64,000 nucleotides of DNA, taken from NCBI GenBank assembly GCA_032718475.1, contig JAUCBJ010004291.1, forward strand, positions 1 to 64,000. Reading direction: 5' to 3'. Source of the DNA: Nemertoderma westbladi (Eukaryota; Animalia; Xenacoelomorpha). The translations under genes were made by a program, and so were the position numbers. This document shows, in pieces, positions 23,331-35,200 of the stretch (position 1 is its first letter; each line of letters starts with the position of its first letter). The notes below the pieces were generated by a model. That model was not told where the DNA came from. It did no database searches and was given only the letters and a program-made list of their open reading frames with translations.

Positions 23331-26165
23331 TATTTTTTAAATATTATTTAATAGATATTAACTAATTTCAAGAAATTAATATGGCACAATTCAAAATTCT
23401 AATCGATAACCTTTGATCAAACCCCGAAAAGAAATTAAACAAAAAAAAATTTCGAAAATTGGTTAAGAAATGGACGTGTAGTAGTATTATGAATGTGAAA
23501 AATACAATCCGAGATAAACGCATTTAAAGTTTAAGAACAATATATTTCAAATGTTCTCGCTATTTTCATGTACCATTTTTCATTTTTGGATTTTTTCATG
23601 TATCATTTTCATGTCCTTTTCTTTTCACATTGGTTATCCCCTATCTATTTTGTGATTTCTCAATGGATTTAATGAAATTTGGTTCAAATAAACCCCTACC
23701 AACTTTTAAAAACCTGTTAAAATAATTTTAGAGTGCTTGCCCAAAAACACTCCGCGCAGCACGTGAACAAATTTCATTTTGGAGTTTTGGTTTGATCGCA
23801 TACTATTTCGTGATTTATTAATAAATAGTCATAGAATAATGAGACAACCTTTAAACTTTCTGAATGATATAAAAAATTTCCACATACTTTTATAATAAGT
23901 CTTCACACAGCACGTTAATTATTCGAGGAGTTCGGAAAGCCTTTTGATCAGAATGAGAAGCCTTTACGTGGAACATGAAATGTTCATGCAGCACATGAAG
24001 ACTTCGCGCAGCACGTGAATTATTCTCAAAGCATGTGGAATTTAAAAAATAATAAGTTTATGGTTGATCCCCACAATTATTATTACCAGCTATTGCTATA
24101 TGATGGTTCCCATTTGTTATTACTAGTAGACAAATAGTCCATTAGACAACTGTTCAATATGTAATACAAACTCACAAATATTTATTAAATATCTATTAAT
24201 TATAAATTGACAGACAGACAGACAAACTGTGAGACAGATAGACTGACATACAGACATAGTGATTAGATAATTCAAAACATGAAAACAGATATCGGCATTA
24301 AGAAAAATTCCCACTGCTTTTTAATATTTCGATGGACAGACAGACAGACTTACAGACGGAAAACCAGCCATTACTCGAGAAGTAAAAGAGATAACGCTAA
24401 GCCGTTTAGAGATTTGAAATCCTCATTAAATTCTGCTCTATATGAAATAAAAAAACAAAAATATCGAAAATTTTGACCTGAGGGCGGGGGGGGGGGGGGG
24501 GTGTACCCCCCCTTAATGTGATATGTGTGATACTGTGATATGGCGCCACATTTAGCGCCAAGAAACCCTGACCAGACATGTTACTTGGCTATATAATTTT
24601 TGCTATCACTGTGTTACCTTATTTTTTTAGATTTCATTATTTTTACCGAGCTGTGCCATATTAAATATATGATTGCCACTCAACATCGATAAAAAATACT
24701 ACTGATAATGGTACACCGGTAGTTACTAAGTTATAGTTACCAAGTTAATGTGCGATTGTCACGCATTGGCCTACTTATCAGTGTATAAGTGCTGCACAAA
24801 GAAAAAGATTCTCTATCCTAATCATCCCTTATAATTGGAATTGTCAAGGGCACCTGTCCCTGCTGGCAATTTTATCATGTAAGGACACATAACTTGTAAA
24901 AGCTGTAGCATTGCTGGAGAGAAACTTTCTTGCTGTGAATAAGACACTACTCTCTTTGCCTAGCAAACATTAACGATTCAACATGGATTCCCAATCAGCG
25001 TAGTACAATCACTCCAACTGATCATTATTCTCTAAGTAACCTGAGTTGGTGTCCAGTTCATTCTCCAGATCCCCCCCCCCCCCCCCCGCACTGTATCTCA
25101 TCTCACTGTATATAATAGACACATATAGTAGGTTGCTTTATTTCTCAGTAGAGCTAGGTTCATAAATACAAATCAATAAATATATCATCCATATCACATA
25201 AAAATCTAATTCACCCACTGCGCAGTTAATGTAAGACATCCAACAACATTGCATGTAATAAAAATATATAATCTATGTTTCAGTGCTTGGAACTAGTTTC
25301 TTTACTTTGTAATAATATTAATGGATTGTACCTTGATAAGTTTTGTTAATCAATAAAATAACCTTAAACCTTCTCAAGGAATGTGATCAGTCTCCCCTGG
25401 TGATTTAATGTCTGCTGGTGTTTTCACATATTTAATGTTAACATTTTCATCTGTTTGATAATAAAGCAGGAAATTACCATCACTACCACTTGTTATATAT
25501 TGTGTAAATTCAGTGAAATGGAATTAAGATTAATTAAGTTGAATGGAATGTTGTAGTTAACATATTTTTTAAAAATGCCAGCAGATAACGCTTAGTATCC
25601 TATTACCATCACATGTCATGGAAAAAGTAAGGTGAATTATTTAGTTAGAAAAAAGTAAAACGATTTGTGATTGTGTAATACTAATCAGTGGAGGCATTGA
25701 AAATAATCCTCTGGGTGGCATTTATCTCTCTTTCAAAAAAGTAACACATAATGCGACCTTTTGACCAAGAATTACATGCAAAGAACCTCACCCAAAACAA
25801 AGAAAAAAGTAGAATAAAGTGTTTGGTTCGTCAACAATGTTTTGTTTGGGTGGATTATTATTTCGAATCCCAAGGGAGGGAAACTAACAGGATAGAAAAA
25901 CTGTCGGTGGTCCCAGAGGAAGGTGGTGCTAGACTATTTAAGATTACAAGAATACATGACAGAGATGCGCCGTGGCTAGTACTTTTAAAGCGTTAGTAAA
26001 GGAATCAATACCACAAACTCTAATCACCTGAGATGATAATTTTAGGATGAACGCACTGAGTATTGTACTCTTTCTCTTTCATTAGATATAAGTAAAAGGA
26101 AACACAATATGACAGATGGTCTATAGGTTATTATGGTTGATGTTAGGGTTTGTTAGTCAGACACG

Positions 26166-26254
26166 AACCCTAATTAAAGCAGTAATTGTAGCCTAACCTT
26201 GAGCTGAGCCTCACAACATAGGGTTAGGGTTCAATTACTGCTTTAATTAGGGTT
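26166..26254. repeat. Small foldback with perfect 23-bp arms and TTAGGG-like motifs
   Basis: AACCCTAATTAAAGCAGTAATTG ... CAATTACTGCTTTAATTAGGGTT, with internal CCTAACC / GGGTTAGGGTT. Confidence 0.75.
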
Positions 26255-26689
26255 TGGGCCGCCACTATTGTAACCTACAAGGCCCACGAGAACCGTGAAA
26301 AAGTGGCGCCTTTAGTGTGATTTGTGTACTGCATTTTTCTATTGAATTTTAATCAAGAGGCAAAATCAAAATTGCAAAGGTGTGACTTTAAGATATCGGT
26401 ATTTTGGGCACACACAACAAATAATTAAATTATTCAATTATATTCAATTCAATTTTAATTTAAATTTACTAAATGCATTATTGACTCTGTCTATATATAT
26501 GTACAACAATTATTGTTTTCCACTTTAATATACATTCTGTAAATTTAGAAAAATTTTCTTAACTGATTTCCAGAACTAGTAACAAAAGTTATAACAATAA
26601 AAATAACTGAGTAACATAAGTACCCCCTTGGAAATACGCTGCATAGCTTTAGTGGTAATCCTATATATAATAATCTATTATACATGTAA

Positions 26690-27070
26690 ACTTTGGCAAA
26701 AACAGTTAGTGAGCATAAATACTGAAGAAACGTATGCTAACATAATTCCATCATTGAAACCAATAACCCTTAATGTAGGACGAAACGAGGAATCATTTAT
26801 TCTCGGACTTATCATCGGACAACAAGCGAACCTCGCACATATGCGATACATATACAATGATTTGGTACACGATCGTTGCAGTTGTGGAGACATTGAGGCA
26901 GAATACCACTATTTATTTGTTTGTTCGGACAGACGTGATACAATTACGAACCTCATAGAGTCCTTAAGCTATAATAACTTACCAGTATCACTAACAACTA
27001 TCCAGCTATCGAGATGCGAAAGAATTATAGATTGCTTTTAGTATATATATACTATATATATATATACTAT
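26690..27070 (+). mobile_element. 3' remnant of a non-LTR retrotransposon
   Basis: DRCSCGDIEAEYHYLFVC C-terminal Cys/His motif followed by a TA-rich simple repeat. Confidence 0.45.
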
Positions 27071-28740
27071 AGTTTGCATTTAATCTCTAGATATTATTAT
27101 ATCATATGCTACAACACAACTCTAACTCTATTTTTAAGGTGAAGGTTTATTTTATATTTTTATGTGTTACAATAATATGATTTGTGTGTATGTTGTCTAT
27201 GTTTCCATGACGCCTACACAATGAGGCTTATTATATTAGATTTATATATATATATATAGAGTACCTACCTATCTACTATATACATTGTTTATTTGGTGTA
27301 TTTGTTATTGTTTTACATAATGTATAAATAAATCAACATCTACAACTCATATATATGATTTATACTGTCGGTATATTATGGTAATTAACAGTTCTTTACA
27401 ACTTACCCGCATCAAATGCCATACAGATACTCGTTACACTAAGTATAAGAAGCATGGACATTAATAATGTGTGGATCAACATGTTGTTTTAATTATATTC
27501 TTCAATGTTGATAATTTATTTGCTTAAAGAATATAGGTCAAATTATAGAATGAAATAATATAGTGTGATGTCTAAAAAATAATTTTATGTTAAATTTGTA
27601 GCGAAAAAAGAGTATTATTATGGAAAGTTATACTAAAGAAGATTCATACATTTCTGCCATTTATGATGATGAATATACAAAATAGAAATAATCATGGCAC
27701 AATAGAAAGAATATTCTTTTTGTGAGCAGCGTATTGGATAAAACAGGTAGACAGAATGCATCCCATTGGTGTTTTGCGATTTGTGCTGACAGTAAGTGGG
27801 GTAAGATTGTGTGCCAACAGTGCGAGAGTTCAAGGTTCTAAATTAATCGAAAACTAAGATCACTTACAACCACTACTGCTCAATCGAATCCCTATTGAAC
27901 AATTCCCTAAGGTTTTTAAACACGAAATCTTACTAATTCACGAATATTTGAGAAGTAATGGCTGTTGTAGGTTCTCTGAATGCTCCTGAACAGTTGGAAA
28001 TCTCTTCATATGGCAATATTAAAAGTAAGTTTCTGGAGTTTTTAATCTGTTTATATAAGATTTCAGTTTTCAATTAGAGATGTTATTCAGTAATTCACGA
28101 ATATTCTCCCCTAAGAATTTTAGGACATGATTTAATAATATTCAGTAGATTAAATGAAACACTCAAAATTAAGATTGGTCAAACTGACAGAAAATATTCA
28201 ATTTGACCAGATATACAGATTGACAACAACATATGGTCGGATGGGGTGGTTCTACAATTACTGATTGTGCTCATTACATAATAAATAATTATGCTGGTCG
28301 TATTAAATGTAGCATGTGTCTCTGGAAAAAATTTAATACATTAACTAAATAAATTAAAACCTAAGTGAAATGAAATTATTTTTTCTTAAATTGTTACGTT
28401 TTCGCTAGAAAATACCCCAAAATCGGGAGAAATTGGTACTTTTTTTTTAACTCGGGGAAATAAGTATTGCTTTAATTATATTTTTTCGTGGCGAAGAAAG
28501 TTATGTAAGAAAACGAAAAATTTTTTTTGGTGGAATTTCTTCAATTTAAAAATTTACAGAATGCCACAGAGGTTAAAGATGAGTTGAGATAACATTGAAA
28601 AAAATGTTTTTCCACGTGTAATACGTAATTTTATTCTTAAATTAGTATATTTTGTTTTGTTGCTTGTATTTTTCAACATTGTTTCTACAGTTATAGTAGT
28701 GTAGTCAAATTAGGCCGAAAAATACAATGGGCTCCATAGC

Positions 28741-29947
28741 TGTAAAAGCTTTTGCTGAATTGCCCGGTTATTTTTCCTTATTTTTCCCGTAAAATACTCT
28801 GTAGTTGGTTTAATAGGCGTAAGAGGCCGTATTATTGCTGTATCGGTGTTTTTAGAGGATCTAAGAGCTATTTCTTCCGTATGTGTACTGTGGAAGGCAT
28901 AGTTGATGATTCTATGGCAATTCCATGACGCAAAAGGGGATAGCTACTCTTGAACAGTAGTTACTATGACGACGGTTAACAGCTGATATTCATACATGTC
29001 GATTTTCTTTGTTCTACGGCATCTCTCAGTTCAGTCAACCAATCAGAGCGTTTTTACTGTTCTTGTACAGAAATTTCCTAGAAATCACGCAATGCTGTAT
29101 GGGCTGTGTTATCATTCTGTCCTGAGCCAGGAAGAGCGGCTTTGGAATATTTTGTGCTTTTCTGCTTTAGCCTAACACTAGTAGGCTTAATTATAAGGAC
29201 ATATATCCGTTATCTCAACTCACACTTAATATCACACTGGTTATCACTGGTTAACTGGCCCATACTGTGCAACTTAACTTAACATTACTGCTTTGCTGTC
29301 GGTTATTCATTATATTTGTTGATGAATTATTATATTTGGAATAACGAGAAATAACCCCGAAACCCAATATTCTTGATATACCGAAGGTAAGAGAGAAAGG
29401 TTACATATAACGATTGTGACTTATGTTAAAGTGGTTTGAAGTGAATCTAATGTTATTTGATAGACCCTACATGATTCGGTCCGTGTTCCTTTTATATGTG
29501 ACTAAAATCAGTGAAGATCGGCAGATCAGTGTGCAGTATTGTGCAGCATTGTGTATGAGTGAGACTGATAACGAAGCATTTCCTAAAGAATGCGCCATAT
29601 ATGTGAATTGTAACTAAGCCATATCGTTGCGTGTAGTTTAAGTCATAACTCTGTTTATAGATAGAGCGCCACGTCCTAAAGGAACTGTTAATATTCCCCG
29701 AAAGTGAATAATATTGTCAGAGATTATATAATACTGTCAGTCGAATAATACATTAGGCTTACATAGCAATACGATTAAGCCGTCGAACCCAATCTCCCGG
29801 GTATATCCAGCGGGTGAATGATCGCGCACCGATTGGTTTCGACTAGTGTAGTGAATCAAATACTTGTCAGAGGCTAAAAGTGATTTATTATCTAGAAGAC
29901 ATCCTAATTTGGCGGGTTAAACTGCCAAAGGTCTGAAAGCGCGAACA
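28741..29947 (+). repeat. 5' LTR
   Basis: TGTAAAAGC...GCGCGAACA; only three substitutions seen by eye relative to the 3' LTR. Confidence 0.95.
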
Positions 29948-29959
29948 ATAACGGATATA
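29948..29959 (+). promoter_or_regulatory. Non-tRNA primer-binding site complementary to the element's own LTR (putative self-priming site)
   Basis: ATAACGGATATA abuts the LTR end and is the exact reverse complement of TATATCCGTTAT at 29202-29213. No TGG-type tRNA PBS is present. Confidence 0.7.
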
Positions 29960-30014
29960 GCTTCTTTATTGCAGTAAGCAATAAAGTTGAAAGTACCGGT
30001 TGACCGGTAAACCT

Positions 30015-30179
30015 GAACCGGTACTTCTGTAGGTCAGTAGGCCCAACTGCCAGAACCGGTACTTCTGTAGGTCAGTAGGCCCAACTGCCAGAACCGGTAC
30101 TGCTGTAGGTCCGTAGGTCCAACTGCCAGAACCGGTACTTCTGTAGGTCCGTAGGCCCAACTGTCCTAACCGGTACTTC
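30015..30179 (+). repeat. 38-bp tandem repeat (~4.3 copies) in the BEL 5' leader
   Basis: GAACCGGTACTTCTGTAGGTCAGTAGGCCCAACTGCCA starting at 30015, 30053, 30091, 30129 and 30167. Confidence 0.9.
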
Positions 30180-30354
30180 CAGTATAAGTACATTAGTATT
30201 ATTCGAATTTGATAGTTATATACCGGTAGGTCTTAGTACTTAATCAGGGAACGGCCGCCCTGGTTTTTTATTGAGATTTTACTTGTTTCTGTCGGTTTTA
30301 TTTGTTTGTAGGCCAGTATTGAACAGAAGGCGTGTAAGCCTGATCATATTGTAC

Positions 30355-30930
30355 AGACAATTTGTAGGCTGGGCTGTTGTCTGATTGCTATTAAGTCTGA
30401 ACGGATTGCAGTGTGTGTAGATCACCTGTCCGATAAAGAACGGTTAGGAAGTAGGGGCAGCCAAAGCTGTAAGGTAAACCCCCATCTAAAGAATAAGTCG
30501 TACTACTGGGTTAGAACGCATACTACCTAATCATTTCGGAGTCTGCATGTCCTGTAGTTTATTTAGGCTTGAGAGTAGTCTGCCATCGTTTAGTCTGTAC
30601 TTTGTTTGTGTAGTCTGTACAGGTAGCGTATAATATTTATTTAGATAATTTGTAGGCTGGATAGTTGTCTGGCTGTTATTAGGTCTGAACGGATTGCAGT
30701 GTGTGTAGAGCCTCTGTCCGATAAAGAACGGTTAGGAAGTAGGGGCAGCCAAAGCTGTAAGGTAAACCCCCAACTAAAGAATAAGTCGTGCTACTGGGTT
30801 AGAACGCATACTACCTAATCATTTCGGAGTCTGCATGTCCTGTAGTTTATTTAGGCTTGATAGTAGTCTGTCAGTATTTGGTCTGCATTTCGTTTGAGTG
30901 GTTTGTACGCGTAGCGTAATATTTATTATT
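30355..30930 (+). repeat. 288-bp tandem duplication in the BEL 5' leader
   Basis: Two similar copies offset by 288 bp. Confidence 0.9.
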
Positions 30931-32259
30931 CAGAGTTTATGCGATTATTCGCAACATTCATTCCCCAAGTTTGTTCCTACAATAATTGTGTTTGTTATAC
31001 ATACCGCTATAGTTAAATTAACCCCGGTACTACACGGGCTGCTTGGCGTAGGTAAAGACTGGTGATTTTGTGCACCGGTGACTCCAGCAGATGCCGTGGT
31101 TCTTTTAGCTGTTCAAGTATATTTAACTACTGATTATATGTTGTACAAGTACTCGTACCTAATTTAGGGTTTAGTGTACAGTGCTTTCCGAAAGTAATTA
31201 GTGTAGGCATTATATTTGTGTTGTAAAGTGGTTGATAGGCACGTTCGATTAGCTCTATTAACTTCTAGGTAGGGACACTCCGTGATACATAACGTAGTAC
31301 CTATAGCGATACGGCTATAGGTCGTCAGGCGGTGGTATTTTCCTATCTGGACAACGCAGTGTATTTACTACTACGTATTATTTTCAAATACCGCAGTACC
31401 CTGTCCGTTGTAATAACCAGATTTCTAACCCTTTGTTAGGCTGGTTTGTAGACTTCTTGTAAAATTACCCTAAAAATTCGTATTTTGTGTTTTTTGTAAA
31501 TTTTTGTGTTTATTTAGAGATTGTAATCTCAACCCGAATCGTACGTAATTTGTAGTATTAAGTAACTTAGGTAAATTAGAATTATTTGTTTTAGTGTCCT
31601 ATAAGTAACACTTCACTGAAAGCGCACCGCTTTGTGTAGTGATTACTCCCCAGAAATAATAACATTTATTTCAAACATTGACAAAACCCATTAAAACGGG
31701 TATATATATTATAAATCAACTCAAACGATTTATAAATAGTAGGCCTGCCATACAACAATTAGGTCTCAATATCAGTTGGACTACTGCTTAAATAACGGTA
31801 ATAAAGTAAGTTAAAGTAACCAAGTAACCCTTAAAATTCAGAAATTCAATTATTCTAAAATAATTGACATACCGGTATTTACAATAGGCTTATTATATTT
31901 ATTTCTATAAATCTTAGGTTGAAATCATACCGGTATTCTGTAATTAATTTTAGTTAATAATTATACTTATATATACTATAAGTGTAAACTGCATACCGGT
32001 ATCCACGATAGGCCTATTATATATTTATATATATTTTTGTGCTAAAATTATATACCGGTATTTTGTGAAAAAACCTAGTCTGTAATAATACTTCTATATA
32101 CCATAAGCATACCGGTATTCTAATATATTATATATATATCACGCTACACTGAGTAGCAGTATCGGTAATTAATTACTAGGCTAGCAGTTAATGCTGAATT
32201 ACTAGACTTGCTTAGACTGTAATATAGCAGTAGGCATTCAACTGTACAATCAAACAAAC

Positions 32260-35200
32260 ATGTCTGACACAAAACAAACATTGTCAGATAGCCTCTTAGA
32301 AAGTGCTAGAATGAGTGTTAGACAGGGTCTTAAAAAGATCTGGGACTCAGCTAAGAGTATAGAGCGTCTAAGACCAAAGTCCAAGTCCCCTCCTACTGTA
32401 AGCAAGGTCATCCCTACAGTAGTAATAACAGAACCGAGGCTGGTCCAACATCGTAGGTCTATCATAGGCACTCGAGCTCAGGTCAAGCGAGACCAAGAAG
32501 CAGCGGAACAGCAACAACCCGCGAGCCAAGAACTTATTTCTCAGCGGTCCGACAGCTCCAGTAGTTCGGATACTGTTGAGCGGACGCCCGAACGCGGAGC
32601 GAAGATGGCGGATACGGTTTATGATGAACGGCCAACCTATGAAGAATCAACCGACGCCACTTTTTCTCAAGAAGAAAGCGAAGCGACAGCAGAGAAACCG
32701 CATAAGAGGGATGCCATTGACATCTATCTGTCAGACTATCAACGTTTTTTAGGTGATGACGAGTTGAGGAGAAGGTTAGATGGACTTAGCCCTAATAGCG
32801 AAGGAACTCAGCGTGTGTTGGATGCCATCGATGTGGAAATGAGGGCTGCGAATCAGGCTAAATTCGATGAACAACTCCGCATCACTAGAGAACAAGAAGA
32901 ACAAGTAAGGAAAAAACGTATAGAAGACAGGAAGATAGCAGCAGTGGCAGAGGCAGAAAGAAAAGCGACCTTGGCAGAAGCAGCGGCAGAGGCAAAAGCG
33001 GCAGCAGCAGAAGCAGAGGCAAAGGCAAAAGCGGCAGCAGCAGAAGCAGAGGCAAAGGCAAAAGCGGCAGCGGCAGAGGCAAAAGCGGCAGCGGCAGAGG
33101 CAAAAGCGGCAGCGGTGGCGGAAGCAGAACGGAGAGCGGCTGAAGAGATCGCCCAACTGGAGTTGGAAAATCTTCAAGAGAAGCAAGACGACTTCAGTAA
33201 ACAGTTAACAGCTAGTAATATGCAGATGATGAATCGATCTACTCCCAAAAGACAGGGATATACATCATCTGAAGAAGGCGATACCACCGATACTGAAGGC
33301 AAAGGAAATAGATCTCGTCTAAGCAGACGTAAAAGAACACTCCACCGTCAGAAATTGCCTGATTTGCCTCCAGCTGTTAGAAGGCAACTAAATAACACCA
33401 ACTTAGGCAGTACAGAACCCACAGACCAAATAATTAAAATAGAAAGACTCCCTACTATAGTAGATGAGCCTGAAATAATTAGGCCTGTTTTTGAAATCAC
33501 CCCTTCGGTGATAGACACACCTGTGCTCCCTGAAGCTACCTCTAAATTCCCTCTGCATAGCACTAAGCTTCCTGTGCCCAGTAGAACTGCCCAGGAGACA
33601 GTTCAGGTCCTGGACCCCGAGCGAAATATTCCTAATTTGTCGCCCGTTGTCCCTCGTCCACCCGCTACAACGTTGGCGACTCCCGCTTCGGCGGTCGAAT
33701 GGGTGGACGAGAGACGGCGGGGGATGGATCTCCTGCTCGGGCAGATGCAGGAGACGGTTCAGCAATTCAAAGGCACAATAAGGGAAAGTAGACTAGAGTT
33801 GCAAGAAGTGCAGCAAAGTATCGCGCTAGAACGCGATAAATTAGTGAACACACAAAAGGGTATACCACCACCCCCTGTAACAATGTGTCAACCCGTTAGG
33901 TCTGAAGTATCTCATGCGCAAGGTGTGGAGCCTACACGCATCTATACTGCTAGCGAAGTAGAAACTCCTATAGTGAACCCTATTAAGGGTAATTATAGAT
34001 CTGTAGATAATGATATTCCCTATAGACCAGATCATAATCCGAGAAATTTATATACCGATAACTCGATATTAAATAACACGATGGCCCAAGAAAGTTTTAC
34101 GCGTCAAATGGCTAGAACCGAAGCCCGGCAAGCGGTGAAGATGGGAGAGATCGTCAAGTTCAATGGAGATGAGATGAAATGGTTACCTTTTAATGAATAT
34201 TACAAAGATAACATACAGAACTCTGTACTATCTAATGGAGAGAAACTTAGATTCCTCATCGAGTGCTTGGAAGGATCTCCCAAGTTAATGGCGTTAAGGT
34301 TTATTGGACATCCAGACGGATTAAGACAAGTTTGGGATACACTAAACATCAGGTATGGTAATAGGAATAACATAGCTGGGTATTTGTATGCAAAGTTGGT
34401 AGCGCCCCGAAAGTTTATTAGCAGCGGGATTATAGAGTTTTCCGATGAAATTCAGGAGATCTGCAGACAATTAGATTGGCTAGGTAAGTCTCATGAGTAT
34501 CAGAGTGCTATGGTTATTAGAGCAGTGGCTTCTACTTTACCGAAGGGTGGAGTAGGTACACGCTGGGATAAGAAAGTGTTATATATGATGGAACAACAAC
34601 GACGAGACCCTACCATGGCTGATCTCATGTCATTCTTAGATGGAGAAGTGAAATTACAGCTCCTAAGGCAGTCCAGAGAGAAGACACTGGAAAACAAGGT
34701 AAGTGAGAAACCCGTTTCTCGGAGAAGGGTAACACCAGTGTGTTATACAGACGACGGCGAAAGCCAGACTTCTCAAGGAGAGGATAGCGGGAAAGACACT
34801 GAAAGATCTTATGTCAATAAAACGCCTAAAGACCAGGTAAGTAAATTCAAGTCTCGAACCAATGACAGGAGAGAAAAGGTAAGAAAAACTCCTCCTACGT
34901 CTCCCAAGAGAATTCAGGTGAGAAAGCCCGAGGAAAGAACGAACGTGCACCACACAGCACATGTTAAAGTAAGTAACATCAAGCCCAAATGTGTGCTGTG
35001 CGACGGGCCCCACCGTTTAAATGCGTGTGATAAATTCTTAAAGAAATCATTAAAAGAGAGACGGGAAGTCATGTGGGATAAGCGGTTGTGTTATAATTGC
35101 CTCAGACGAGGACACCAACGGCGAACCTGTTACTCCGACGCAAGGTGTGCAAAGTGCGGTGCGAAACATCATATCTTGTTGCACACTGAATTCGAGCGAA

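Noticed and set aside
23340-24520. Region with (GACA)n microsatellites and GCACGTGAA repeats, suggestive of a non-autonomous Helitron or DNA element
   Set aside because: Could not define termini or a TSD.
25751-25996. EEGGARLFKI motif reminiscent of L1/Tx1 RT C-terminal region
   Set aside because: Too short and degenerate to support a call.
29423-29617. Identical 64-aa ORFs at 29423 and 40476
   Set aside because: They simply lie within the two LTR copies; no recognisable protein features.
30420-30560. Possible ribozyme in the 288-bp leader duplication
   Set aside because: Small hairpins are present, but I found no hammerhead (CUGAnGA/GAAA) or HDV-like core.
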